Below are positions 34,596-43,774 of a stretch of 61,443 nucleotides of DNA, piece by piece (positions within the stretch are counted from its first letter, which is position 1; each line of letters opens with the position of its first letter). Both the position numbers and the translations under genes were made by a program. Source of the stretch: a virus; the IMG/VR virus record IMGVR_UViG_3300036901_000131. One strand, 5' to 3'. A model generated the notes under the pieces. The model had not been told where the DNA came from, ran no database searches, and worked only from the letters and a program-made list of their open reading frames with translations.

Positions 34596-35573
34596 ATGGC
34601 GACCGAACCGGCGATCAAGTCCGAGATCGAGAAGAAGGTCAGAATTTTTTATGGCCGTAATCTCTATCAAATGCTGGATAAAAGGGCAAGCAGCGCGAAT
34701 GCGTTTCAGCTAATCGGCTTGTCCTGTCTGCGTGATCTCGAAATCAATCGCAATGTCATTCTGACGGGTGATGAGGCAGAGGGTATCCATCAGATGCGAA
34801 TCGCGGTGCGTCGGTTACGCACCTCGATGTCCATTTTCAAGGACATTCTGGAACCGGACCCACAGACCAAGGTGGTGAAAACGCAACTGAAATGGCTGAT
34901 TTCACAATTGGCTCCCGCCCGCGACATCCATGTGTTCCAGACCGAGAGCGTTGAACCCATCGCGCAAGAGCAAAAAGATGAATTCGCGGAGTTACAGCGC
35001 ACTCTCGCGGATCGCAAGGACAAAGCTTTCGCGCAGGCGCGCAAGGCGATCCTGTCCAATGAATATCATACCGATATATCGGTGATGGCCTCATGGCTCG
35101 TGAGCGGTGGATGGCTGAAGGAATTAGATGAGACTCAGGCCAAACGACTGGCCGAACCGGTGCGAGATTTCGCGCAGATGATTTTGACGAGGCGAACCAG
35201 AAAAGTCATCAGCCAGTCCAAGCATCTCGACGAGCTTGATGCCACGCATCGCCATGCGCTTCGGATCATGATCAAGAAGCTGCGCTATTCCGTGGAGTTT
35301 TTTGGTGGCGTCTTTCCGAGAAAAACTTTCGCGAAGCGACAGAAGGCACTGAAGGCGCTCACGCGCTTGCAGAATTCGTTGGGTAAGCTCAATGACATCG
35401 CCGTGGACAAGGCTGAAGGTGTTCTGCAACTGCCCAAGAGCGGTGATTTCGAGACCGGCTACGCTGCTGGCCTCGTGGCTGGTCGTAAACAAACCGAGGT
35501 GAAGCCATTGCTGGCGGGGGCAATGAAGGCCGCTGCTGATCTGCGAAAGCATCGTAAGGGCGTCTCCGCCTGA
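34596..35573 (+). CDS. CHAD domain-containing protein
   Basis: GIHQMRIAVRRLRTSMSIF and HRHALRIMIKKLRYSVEFF match the CHAD conserved-histidine helical motifs (H-x-x-R-hy-x-x-R-R-x-R). Start set at MATEP (34596), preceded by GGGGGAG. Confidence 0.55.
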   Translation: MATEPAIKSEIEKKVRIFYGRNLYQMLDKRASSANAFQLIGLSCLRDLEINRNVILTGDEAEGIHQMRIAVRRLRTSMSIFKDILEPDPQTKVVKTQLKWLISQLAPARDIHVFQTESVEPIAQEQKDEFAELQRTLADRKDKAFAQARKAILSNEYHTDISVMASWLVSGGWLKELDETQAKRLAEPVRDFAQMILTRRTRKVISQSKHLDELDATHRHALRIMIKKLRYSVEFFGGVFPRKTFAKRQKALKALTRLQNSLGKLNDIAVDKAEGVLQLPKSGDFETGYAAGLVAGRKQTEVKPLLAGAMKAAADLRKHRKGVSA

Positions 35574-35608
35574 AATACGACTGCGCCCCTGCGGAGTTTC
35601 GACGGGTC

Positions 35609-35749
35609 GTGCAGGTCGTGTTTGGCTATGGTCGTGCGGTGACAGCGGAAGAAATCGCCTGTGTCTCCGAGGTCGATACGGCCACGGTGTGCCGCATCCT
35701 GGTCCGACTTGAGGAACGCGGGCTGATCCGCAAAAAGGAGAAAACATGA
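35609..35749 (+). CDS. possible small winged-helix DNA-binding protein (GTG start)
   Basis: …AVTAEEIACVSEVDTATVCRILVRLEERGLIRKKEKT resembles the recognition helix/wing of MarR/TrmB-type wHTH proteins. No in-frame ATG. The stop overlaps the ATG of a 32-aa hydrophobic peptide (35746..35844, MIYYIIIVPFAGMVFGLGIVIYDGIDRVLHEL). Confidence 0.2.
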   Translation: MQVVFGYGRAVTAEEIACVSEVDTATVCRILVRLEERGLIRKKEKT

Positions 35750-35852
35750 TCTACTACATCATCATCGTCCCATTCGCTGGCATGGTGTTTGGCCTTGGCA
35801 TCGTCATTTATGACGGCATCGACAGGGTACTTCACGAGCTATAAATAGTGCC

Positions 35853-36101
35853 ATGAAGACAATTCGCCAATTGATCACCTTGCTCGAACAGCCATCAATT
35901 CAAGCAAATCCACGGAAAACACGCATGCCGTCCGCTGAATTCGCCCAACTGGCGGTTCAACGGCTTGGCTCGGCGAAAGCCTCTTACATGAGTTTTCCGG
36001 AAATATTTGCATTCGCCGAGTCACAAGGTGTGCAAATCCCTGTCGCTTTGAGAGTCGATCCAAATTACAAAGTAGATTCGGATCACTGGAAGCTCGTTTA
36101 A
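35853..36101 (+). CDS. hypothetical protein
   Basis: 82-aa ORF. Confidence 0.35.
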   Translation: MKTIRQLITLLEQPSIQANPRKTRMPSAEFAQLAVQRLGSAKASYMSFPEIFAFAESQGVQIPVALRVDPNYKVDSDHWKLV

Positions 36102-36421
36102 GCGATGGTCGTCCACCAGATACCATTGCTCGAATCGTTCTGAACCCGAACGTTCACCTCTCCTTTGTACATGGATCGCGTCAGGGTCTTCATGCGCGAC
36201 ATCAGTTCGGCGTTTTGCTCGGCGGTGATCTTGGTGGTCTCCTCCAGCGGCGTGCCAAAATCAACTGTCACCACCGCCGTTGAATGACTTGAACCATTCA
36301 CGTGCAGATGTGGGGTAAAAACCAGGCCGAGAGTGAGCAGCCAGTCGCGAAAATCGTCCGGCTCCACGGTCTTCTTGCTGGACTTCTTGATGGCTTTGGC
36401 TTTAACGGAAACTTCGGTCAT
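36098..36421 (-). CDS. hypothetical protein
   Basis: 107-aa ORF convergent with the previous gene. Confidence 0.35.
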   Translation of the reverse strand: MTEVSVKAKAIKKSSKKTVEPDDFRDWLLTLGLVFTPHLHVNGSSHSTAVVTVDFGTPLEETTKITAEQNAELMSRMKTLTRSMYKGEVNVRVQNDSSNGIWWTTIA

Positions 36422-36486
36422 TGGGCACCTGAAATACTGTGATTGGAATAACGTTTTGATAGCAGAAGAGATGAGCGAGGTTCAAG

Positions 36487-36807
36487 TCATTTCAACAATT
36501 CGGCCAGCCACTCAAACCAGATTTTGTTATCAACCCAGACCGTGGTCAGACCATTGGTGAGGGTCGTGATGATTCGTTCTTCGCCATCCTTGTCATAAAT
36601 CGTCCACTCCCAGTAAATCGCATGGCCTATTTCATGGAGAAACGTGTTGGCGATCTGGCGGTCATCCTGGCTGGTGCAGATGCATATTTCCCCTTTGTTC
36701 TTGTCGCAGATACCGGCGTTCCCAGCATCTTCCATCTGTTTCGCCGTCCATTCCTCGACATTATAGATTCGGTATCCTATCTTGATGGTGTTCGACGGTA
36801 GCTTCAT
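36487..36807 (-). CDS. small putative zinc metallopeptidase (HExxH)
   Basis: FLHEIGHAIYWEW contains an HEIGH zinc-binding motif in a 106-aa protein. Confidence 0.4.
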   Translation of the reverse strand: MKLPSNTIKIGYRIYNVEEWTAKQMEDAGNAGICDKNKGEICICTSQDDRQIANTFLHEIGHAIYWEWTIYDKDGEERIITTLTNGLTTVWVDNKIWFEWLAELLK

Positions 36808-36908
36808 GATGGTAATATAAGCTAATCATAGCCAGAGCGAAACAAATTTCACGCTTGTGATGATGCTGATGTTCAGTTATGCTTATCCTTCATCAAGGGA
36901 ACTAAAAT

Positions 36909-37124
36909 ATGGTAGTCGGCGACCGAGTCGAAATTGTTAAAATACCAGACCATTTGCCGCTTGATGAAGTTCAGGAACTTGAACTTTGTATTGGACGTGT
37001 GTTTCCAATCAAGGAGATCGATGAATGGGGACTGGTGACGTTGGAAATCGGCGAGGTCACCGGCCAGCAAGCGCATCAGTCGGTCATTTCCATCAAACCA
37101 GAATTTCTCGAACCCGTGGTATGA
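36909..37124 (+). CDS. hypothetical protein
   Basis: 71-aa ORF directly upstream of, and coupled to, the Smr gene. Confidence 0.35.
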   Translation: MVVGDRVEIVKIPDHLPLDEVQELELCIGRVFPIKEIDEWGLVTLEIGEVTGQQAHQSVISIKPEFLEPVV

Positions 37125-37125
37125 C

Positions 37126-37476
37126 GTGCGCGACGCTGACAAAGCCGTCTGGGAGAAATACGTCGAAGACGTGACCCCTCTCGGACAAATCCCTCCATCA
37201 ACATCAGAAGTGGCGGTGGAGCGGGTCATTCTCAGCCGCAGGCTTGATCTGCATGGGCTTTCAGTGGCGGAGGCGCATACCGCCACCATGAACTTCATAG
37301 AAGCCGCCACAGATCGTTCGGTGACCGTGGTGACCGGGCTTAGCGGAGCCATCCGCCAGGAATTCCCATGCTGGTTCGAACGCATGCCGCATCTTAGGAT
37401 CGAGGAACGGAATGGCGGTGGCGCATTCGCGGTTCATTTCCGACGCAAGCGGAAACGTGATGTCGGAAAAAAGTGA
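37126..37476 (+). CDS. Smr domain-containing protein
   Basis: LDLHGLSVAEAHTATMNFIEAATDRSVTVVTGLSG matches the Smr pattern (LDLHG.….A….L…..….….VITGKG). Confidence 0.55.
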   Translation: MRDADKAVWEKYVEDVTPLGQIPPSTSEVAVERVILSRRLDLHGLSVAEAHTATMNFIEAATDRSVTVVTGLSGAIRQEFPCWFERMPHLRIEERNGGGAFAVHFRRKRKRDVGKK

Positions 37477-37645
37477 ACTGTCGCCCATCAAGTGGGTTTG
37501 CGTGTATTGCCGAGGTAAGCAAGAGACACCCGACTTCGCGCCCTTTGAAGGCGAAACCAAAGCGTATAGAACCATCATCACGGAGGCGGCGCGCAACGGG
37601 CAAATCGCCTGCTATGCCTGCCTGCACAAACTGATGGGACGCTGA
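37460..37645 (+). CDS. zinc-ribbon small protein
   Basis: CVYCRGKQ…CYACLHKL has two CxxC pairs. Start trimmed to the internal ATG. Confidence 0.3.
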   Translation: MSEKSELSPIKWVCVYCRGKQETPDFAPFEGETKAYRTIITEAARNGQIACYACLHKLMGR

Positions 37646-37647
37646 AC

Positions 37648-37860
37648 ATGTCAGGCTCGCGAGAATGCACCGAACGCTTTCCAGATGCCCACCGCCAGCT
37701 TTTGGTGGTGCTGGTCACCCAGGCTTGGGTGCGTATCCAGGATGATCCGAAGATGCGCGACGCGCGAAAGGAGTTGTTGGACATCCGGCGACGCTTGGAG
37801 GGCACGGATACCCGCGTGATTGTGGAACGCGCCTATCCCTCAGGCGTCATCGACGACTAA
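37648..37860 (+). CDS. hypothetical small protein
   Basis: 70-aa ORF. Confidence 0.3.
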   Translation: MSGSRECTERFPDAHRQLLVVLVTQAWVRIQDDPKMRDARKELLDIRRRLEGTDTRVIVERAYPSGVIDD

Positions 37861-37929
37861 ACATTACGTTTTCGAGATAATAACTTGAATTAAACGAGGT
37901 CGGTCTGCCATACTACTTGGGAAAGTAGC

Positions 37930-38442
37930 ATGGAAATGACTGAACTGATTAAGTTACCCAAAGTTTTTTGCGATAACGATGGTGTTTTGGCCGACTTCGA
38001 TAGACATGTTCTTGAGTTATTCGGCACCCCTCCGAGCGGCATCCCCGACGATGAGATGTGGGACCTGATCCTCGCGACACCGGATTTCTGGCCGACCATC
38101 CCGCTCAAGTATGGCGCGCATGACCTGTGGGCGATGCTCGCGCCGTATAAGCGAGCGTTCCTCACCGGTTGCCCAAAGGGTCACTATGAGGTCGCCGCCG
38201 CGCACAAGGTGGTATGGTTGAAGAAGCACTTCGGTGATGATGTCGAGGTGATCACCTGTTTGTCACGCAATAAGCCTTTGCACATGGAATCCCCTGGCGA
38301 CATCTTGATTGATGACATGTCCGGCAATATGAGACGTTGGCGCAAGGCGGGCGGCATCGGCATTCACTACAGAACCGTCGAGCAGGCGATGACCGATTTC
38401 AAGAGCGTGATGGAGTCACTCAATGAGCCAAATGCCGTTTGA
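37930..38442 (+). CDS. 5'(3')-deoxyribonucleotidase (NT5C-like, HAD superfamily)
   Basis: The N-terminal VFCDNDGVLADFDRH carries the HAD motif I D-x-D-G-V-L-A-D-F typical of NT5C-family deoxyribonucleotidases common in T4-like phages. Confidence 0.6.
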   Translation: MEMTELIKLPKVFCDNDGVLADFDRHVLELFGTPPSGIPDDEMWDLILATPDFWPTIPLKYGAHDLWAMLAPYKRAFLTGCPKGHYEVAAAHKVVWLKKHFGDDVEVITCLSRNKPLHMESPGDILIDDMSGNMRRWRKAGGIGIHYRTVEQAMTDFKSVMESLNEPNAV

Positions 38443-38662
38443 TGTGGGTGATCAGGTCACTCCGTTACAGTTCTTGCTTGATAAAAACCTGTTCGCGAAT
38501 GGAATATTGGAATTTGGACATGTTTACACGGTTCTGACCGCCAATGCCGTCGCGTTCACGATTGACGGGTTGGGTATGGAAGTCGACTGGACGAACAGCG
38601 AGAAATTCTGGCGACTTATCGCGAGGAAATCAACGACATTTTCGCTTGGCGAGATAGCATGA
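38423..38662 (+). CDS. hypothetical small protein
   Basis: 79-aa ORF overlapping the NT5C gene end. Confidence 0.3.
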   Translation: MSQMPFDVGDQVTPLQFLLDKNLFANGILEFGHVYTVLTANAVAFTIDGLGMEVDWTNSEKFWRLIARKSTTFSLGEIA

Positions 38663-38668
38663 GATGTC

Positions 38669-39154
38669 ATGGCAGAATTCGGTAACAAGGTTTACATCAA
38701 GCGGACGCTTGAAAAATTACGGAACCTGAACAAAAACGAGTACATCACCGAGCGTGATTACCGCGAGATCGATGGCATGATCGCGCTGTCGGTGTTTTCT
38801 CGTCCGGCATCGGACTCAAGTTTCGTTTCGTCCTTCGAGGAAGAAACCCAGTTCCCCTACGCGCTGATCATGAAATACAAGCGCACGTTTTCTGGGCATC
38901 AGGATGTGATCGAATTTCCCGAACCTTCCGGTACTGGTTTCATCATCATGAATGAAGCCAAGGTGCCGCGTTTCACCACCAGGCTGGATGATGGTCTGAT
39001 GCTGCTGTTGGACGCGGACTGGACTATAAGCAATACCGGCCTGGCCAAATGCGAGCGTGAAAATCTCAAGTTTCGCGAGAAGCTACGAACCCCCGCGCTC
39101 AGCGTGTGCGGGATCGGCTTGCAGTTACACCTGTCGCGGGCTTCCGGCTCCTAG
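38669..39154 (+). CDS. hypothetical protein
   Basis: 161-aa ORF. Confidence 0.4.
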   Translation: MAEFGNKVYIKRTLEKLRNLNKNEYITERDYREIDGMIALSVFSRPASDSSFVSSFEEETQFPYALIMKYKRTFSGHQDVIEFPEPSGTGFIIMNEAKVPRFTTRLDDGLMLLLDADWTISNTGLAKCERENLKFREKLRTPALSVCGIGLQLHLSRASGS

Positions 39155-39530
39155 GATCATCATTGAGCGGATTGGGTCCTCTCCAGGTTGGCTTGGAGGT
39201 GTCTCTGGTACTAAGAAAATACAGACCGATGGCGACGGCGACCACGGTCTTTACCTTATCAGGATTGATGATGGTGTGATCTGGTTTGTCCACTTTTGTC
39301 CCGAGATAGGGCGGGAACGTGGCGGACGCCAGCACATGTTCGAGGCCACACATCTTGCGTCCGGCGTGGGTCGCGACCCGAAGCAATCCTGGCTTACCGG
39401 GCCAGCGAAAATACCGAGCTTCTGAATGCCTCGACACAGCGACCAATTCAAACCCAGCCGCCTTCAGCATGTCGGAGGCTTCCTCGCACACCGCGAGAGT
39501 CGGAACCACCCGCTTGTTGGTTTTGGCCAT
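39099..39530 (-). CDS. hypothetical protein
   Basis: 143-aa ORF overlapping the 3' end of the previous plus-strand ORF, so one of the two ends is uncertain. Confidence 0.3.
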   Translation of the reverse strand: MAKTNKRVVPTLAVCEEASDMLKAAGFELVAVSRHSEARYFRWPGKPGLLRVATHAGRKMCGLEHVLASATFPPYLGTKVDKPDHTIINPDKVKTVVAVAIGLYFLSTRDTSKPTWRGPNPLNDDPRSRKPATGVTASRSRTR

Positions 39531-39539
39531 ATCAGCCCT

Positions 39540-39797
39540 TTAGCAATCCTGTTCATCGAGCAGGGCCTCACCGGCATCGGTGAGCATCAGGGAAGCGAAT
39601 GAGCTTCTCTCACCGTTCCGCGTGTTGTCAACTCCCGCGATGATGATCAAACCTGCGGCCTCCGCCTTGGCGATCTCTGTGTCGGAAATGCCTTGCTTGG
39701 TGACTTCGCCTCGGCTGAGCATCTGGTGTGAAACGTCACCGAGAAGGCGTAAAAGAGGAAGTGTATCAATATTATCCATGATCTGAAGGTAATCCAA
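39540..39797 (-). CDS. hypothetical protein
   Basis: 85-aa ORF. Confidence 0.35.
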   Translation of the reverse strand: MDYLQIMDNIDTLPLLRLLGDVSHQMLSRGEVTKQGISDTEIAKAEAAGLIIIAGVDNTRNGERSSFASLMLTDAGEALLDEQDC

Positions 39798-39913
39798 CCC
39801 ATGAAAAATGTCAAGGTCGAAACGGGGTCAAAATATCCTGACTAAATAAACTCCATACAGGCGGTAGTCCTCGCAAGTCGGCGAGGCGGAAAGACCTGTA
39901 TGGAGAATTAAAA

Positions 39914-40837
39914 ATGAACAATAAGAACATCGAGCTTTTGGTGTTGATCAAAGGCCGTCCCATCACTCAGTATCATCATCAGGGCAATGTCTTCATCGAA
40001 GGCAGGGCGGGCAGTGAATACGAGATCGAACTGCGCAACCATACCGCCGGACGAGTGGAAGTCGTCCTGTCGGTCGATGGTCTCTCGGTCATCGACGGCA
40101 AATTCGCTGGCCCACAAAGCAGTGGTTATCTGCTGAACGCGCACGGTAACATTCGGGTGCCTGGTTGGATTCTGAACAATCAGAGCGTCGCCAAATTCGC
40201 CTTCGCGGACAAGGAACAAAGCTATTCCACGCAGATGAGTGAAGGCGAGGCGCACAACAATGGTGTCATCGGCATCATGGCGTTCGGTGAGAAACCTCGC
40301 TACGTGTCGTATCCTCAGTTTCATTACATAGCGCCGTATCAACCGATCTATCAGAACAGTCAGGTGAAGACGGTCTATGACAGCGTGAATTGCGGCACAT
40401 CGGCCATCAATTCGTCATCTTTCACGAATTCATCCCAGGCTTTTGGCGGCGCGATGCCCGTCAATTCGTTACCGTTCATTGGCGCGAGCCTCAATAGTGT
40501 CAGTGCGTCCGCGTCGTCCGGTGAAATCCATCAGAGACGAGTACCAAACCGACACCGGATCGATGAGAGCGCGAGAGAAGAAAAAACCTCTGGCGGCATC
40601 ATTGAACAATCACTCGGCACGGCGTTCGGAGAAGCGACCAATTTCGCCACCACGAAAGTGTCCTTCGAGCGCGCCGAGATGATCTCCATGATGGTGGTCT
40701 ATTATGACGAGGCACGCGGCCTGAGAGCCCGTGGCATCGAGATCACGAAGCAATCCCGTAAGAGGCATCAGAAAGTGCCGAAAGCCTTCCCAGCCCTTCA
40801 GGAGGGCTGCCAGCCGCCACACGGCTGGAAGGGCTGA
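39914..40837 (+). CDS. hypothetical protein
   Basis: 307-aa ORF with GGAG upstream. The N-terminal half looks beta-rich. Confidence 0.45.
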   Translation: MNNKNIELLVLIKGRPITQYHHQGNVFIEGRAGSEYEIELRNHTAGRVEVVLSVDGLSVIDGKFAGPQSSGYLLNAHGNIRVPGWILNNQSVAKFAFADKEQSYSTQMSEGEAHNNGVIGIMAFGEKPRYVSYPQFHYIAPYQPIYQNSQVKTVYDSVNCGTSAINSSSFTNSSQAFGGAMPVNSLPFIGASLNSVSASASSGEIHQRRVPNRHRIDESAREEKTSGGIIEQSLGTAFGEATNFATTKVSFERAEMISMMVVYYDEARGLRARGIEITKQSRKRHQKVPKAFPALQEGCQPPHGWKG

Positions 40838-41566
40838 TTACTGGGTGATCTCGCCAAAGAAAGCGAGCTTGTTACTCTTGGAACGCCACAGCATCGCCGA
40901 ACGTCCGCCGTACAATTTACCCTCCTCGTCGCTCGCGCGGGTGCTCGTGGTCTTCGTCCCGGTGGGTTCGATGAGGTCTTCCATCTTACGGCGGAATTTC
41001 GCCTGATCGACCTCATGTCCCATCAGCGATTCATAGACTTTTTGCAGGCTGGTGATGGCGAATTCCCGAGGCATGAGAAACAACGGCAGGGTTGAGTAGT
41101 GGGCTTTGTCGCGAATACGCTTGACCGCGTAATAGATGATTTTCTTGTGATCGAAAGCCAGTTTCTGTGGCAAATTATCGACCGGGAAAAAATCAGCCTG
41201 ATTGTCCGGAGTCTTGATCATGGCGATGTACGCCAGTGACGCCGACCAACCACGCGGATCACGCTTCCTGCCACTGAACATGGCGAGTTGCTCAAGATGC
41301 GAAACTCTCATCTTGAATTTCGTCAGCATCGCGCGTTTGGCGGCGGCGTGGGTATCATTATCGTCATCAGTGTGAATGACCGTGCCAACGAGACCACGAA
41401 CCCCCTCATAAGGTTCACGATCACGCACCGGTAGCAAGACATGCAGACGCGCCGGTTCTCCTTCGACATCGGCGATCAGGGCGAACAAGACCACGTCAAC
41501 AGTCATGAGTGGCCGCTCGAATTCGTACTCATATGTGGTGGCCACTGCTTCCGGCGATCTGGACAC
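40838..41566 (-). CDS. Nudix-fold protein, NrtR-like (Nudix plus C-terminal winged helix)
   Basis: N-terminal PLMTVDVVLFAL…LHVLLPVRDREPYEG…LVGTVI resembles Nudix beta-strands. The C-terminal LPLFLMPREFAITSLQKVYESLMG resembles the NrtR wHTH region. Confidence 0.45.
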   Translation of the reverse strand: MSRSPEAVATTYEYEFERPLMTVDVVLFALIADVEGEPARLHVLLPVRDREPYEGVRGLVGTVIHTDDDNDTHAAAKRAMLTKFKMRVSHLEQLAMFSGRKRDPRGWSASLAYIAMIKTPDNQADFFPVDNLPQKLAFDHKKIIYYAVKRIRDKAHYSTLPLFLMPREFAITSLQKVYESLMGHEVDQAKFRRKMEDLIEPTGTKTTSTRASDEEGKLYGGRSAMLWRSKSNKLAFFGEITQ

Positions 41567-41729
41567 GAAACTCTCCTAAGGTCTGATCGAACTATATAGC
41601 ATAGATTTCGCCCCCGTCAACCCTATTTTCAAAATTGAAAGAATCATTGTTGACTTCGGCCCTCTCGTACCCTTATTTTAAAAATGAAAATAGGGTTTGG
41701 TGGTCAGTCACCTTCCCGAGGAGACGGCG

Positions 41730-42767
41730 ATGACAGACGTAAGTACCTTATCTGGTGAGCAAATTCTCGCCATCCCGGCGTTCGAGCCGGAGCGATTGTT
41801 CGCCACGCCGGACCTGATGCCAGCCAGATACAAGGAACTTGCTCGACGGTGGCATCCTGATCTCCCAAGAGGAAACGAAGAAGTATTCAAGCATATCTCC
41901 ATCCTGCATGACCAGGCGAAGCATCTCATAGATACCGACAATTGGCAGATACCAGGCGAATTCTCATTCGTTACTGATGATGGCAAACGCTACACATTGA
42001 AATACTTCAAAATGTTCGAATTCGAGCTAGGTAAAGCCTATCTCAGCGAGACCCGCGTGACCTACGTGATTCGTAACGAATTCGCCGATCTGGTCGAGAA
42101 CGCGAAAAGAACGATCAGTGGATTGGAGTTTCCCGACAAAGAAACCGAAGATGTGATGCGGCGCTATTTGCCGGTCATCAAGGAAATGTTCAAGACGAAC
42201 GACAGTATCATCCTGATGATCGAGAAGCCAGCCGATCTCATACGCATGCGTGATCTCCTCGATCATCAGGGCGGTCAGATCGATCCGAAACACGTGGCCT
42301 GGATGGTGAGCCGGATGCTCAATCACGCCAGCTATCTTGAGGTGACGAAGTTATCTCATAACGATTTTTCGTTGGATACGCTGTTCGTATGCCCAGAGCA
42401 TCACACGATCTGCGTCCTCGGCGGATGGTGGTACGCGACGAAGATTGGCGAGAAACTGTCAGCGATGCCGCAGCGAACCATCAACAACGCGCCGAGTGAC
42501 GTGATCCATAGCAAAGAAGCGTCCGTGAGCATCGACGCGGAGTTAGTAAGACTAACCGGACGGGAATTGTTGGGCAATGCCAACGGCATTCATCTGACGA
42601 CCGGAACGATACCAGCGCCAATGGTCAACTGGCTGCGGCTCGCGAGCCGAGGCAGCCCGGTGAAAGACTACAGAGAATGGCGTGAGAAAACCCTGATGGA
42701 TAGTTTTGGACCGCGCAAGTTCATCAAGATGAACGTTGCAACTCCGCAAGTATATCCACCACTGTAA
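41730..42767 (+). CDS. J-domain protein fused to a protein-kinase-like (probably atypical or pseudo-kinase) domain
   Basis: N-terminus YKELARRWHPDLPRGNEEVFKHISILHDQ contains the HPD J-domain signature. The C-terminal MLNHASYLEVTKLSHNDFSLDTLFVCPEHHTICVLGGWWYA resembles kinase subdomains VIb-VII (…HRDLKxxNIL…DFG…) with non-canonical residues. Start set at MTDV (41730) with GAGGAG upstream. Confidence 0.55.
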   Translation: MTDVSTLSGEQILAIPAFEPERLFATPDLMPARYKELARRWHPDLPRGNEEVFKHISILHDQAKHLIDTDNWQIPGEFSFVTDDGKRYTLKYFKMFEFELGKAYLSETRVTYVIRNEFADLVENAKRTISGLEFPDKETEDVMRRYLPVIKEMFKTNDSIILMIEKPADLIRMRDLLDHQGGQIDPKHVAWMVSRMLNHASYLEVTKLSHNDFSLDTLFVCPEHHTICVLGGWWYATKIGEKLSAMPQRTINNAPSDVIHSKEASVSIDAELVRLTGRELLGNANGIHLTTGTIPAPMVNWLRLASRGSPVKDYREWREKTLMDSFGPRKFIKMNVATPQVYPPL

Positions 42768-42836
42768 CCAACACTTTTCCGTCAGGTTCGTCGCTCCTGC
42801 GGGAAAGTTTTAATCAGCGACGTTAGGAGAAATAAC

Positions 42837-43760
42837 ATGGGTGGCGCATCATTCGATCCCGGTCACTGGGCCTCATACTCAAAGGCGAAAGTAGCCGGGA
42901 AACCAACCGCAGCGGTATTCACGTCGCGTGGACTCAAGGAGAGTCTTGATCCGAAAAAGATGAAGAACATGCTTCGCGAATCCTGCGATGATGATGTCTG
43001 TCCGGAATCGATGCCAATCATCATCGGTCTGGATGAAACCGGCTCGATGGGCATGATACCGGATTACATGATCCGTACCGGATTTCCAAAATTGTTCGAG
43101 GAAATCTACGCCCGCAAGCCGATCAAACATCCGCACATCATGTTCATGGGCATCGGTGACGCGGAAGTCGATCAGGTTCCGGTACAGGTCAGTCAGTTCG
43201 AATCCGGCATGCGATTGGCGGATCAGTTGATCGACATGTATCTCGAAGGAAACGGCGGCGGCAACAATCACGAGGGCTACACGATGCCCTGGTATGTCGC
43301 GTCGATGCACACGAAGATCGATTGTTTCGATAAGCGTGGCAAGAAAGGCTACCTGATCACGGTCGGTGACGAGGAACCCAATCCGATCCTGTACCGCAAG
43401 GATATCCTGCGGTCGCTTGGCGTCGCTCCGGAAACTGATCTGACAGCGAAACAGCTTCTCGATATGGCGAGCAAGATGTATCACGTGTTTCATGTCATCG
43501 TCGAACAAGGTAGTTATGCTCATTCGCATCCGGCACAGGTGAAAAAGGCGTGGACCGAATTGCTTGGTGAGCGGGTGCTTCCCTTGTCGGATTACACCAA
43601 TCTGAGCGAGGTGATCGTATCCGCGATACAACGAAACGAAGGAGCTTCGTACGACGCCGTGGTGAAAAGCTGGACCGGTGCCACGTCACTGGTCGTCGCG
43701 AGAGCGATTGGCAGCATGATCACGACGCCAACCGGTAACGGTGGAGTTGTTCGCTTCTGA
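42837..43760 (+). CDS. VWA-like domain protein
   Basis: PIIIGLDETGSMG resembles the MIDAS motif (D-x-S/T-x-S) at the start of a Rossmann-like beta-alpha pattern. The antisense 250-aa ORF is rejected. Confidence 0.5.
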   Translation: MGGASFDPGHWASYSKAKVAGKPTAAVFTSRGLKESLDPKKMKNMLRESCDDDVCPESMPIIIGLDETGSMGMIPDYMIRTGFPKLFEEIYARKPIKHPHIMFMGIGDAEVDQVPVQVSQFESGMRLADQLIDMYLEGNGGGNNHEGYTMPWYVASMHTKIDCFDKRGKKGYLITVGDEEPNPILYRKDILRSLGVAPETDLTAKQLLDMASKMYHVFHVIVEQGSYAHSHPAQVKKAWTELLGERVLPLSDYTNLSEVIVSAIQRNEGASYDAVVKSWTGATSLVVARAIGSMITTPTGNGGVVRF

Positions 43761-43774
43761 GATTGTGATAGCAT

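Noticed and set aside
35124-35835. 207-aa and 69-aa minus-strand ORFs antisense to the CHAD gene
   Set aside because: Arg/Pro/Ser-rich antisense composition. The plus strand has CHAD motifs.
42879-43631. 250-aa minus-strand ORF antisense to the VWA-like gene
   Set aside because: Arg/His/Phe-rich antisense composition. The plus strand has a MIDAS-like motif and an RBS.
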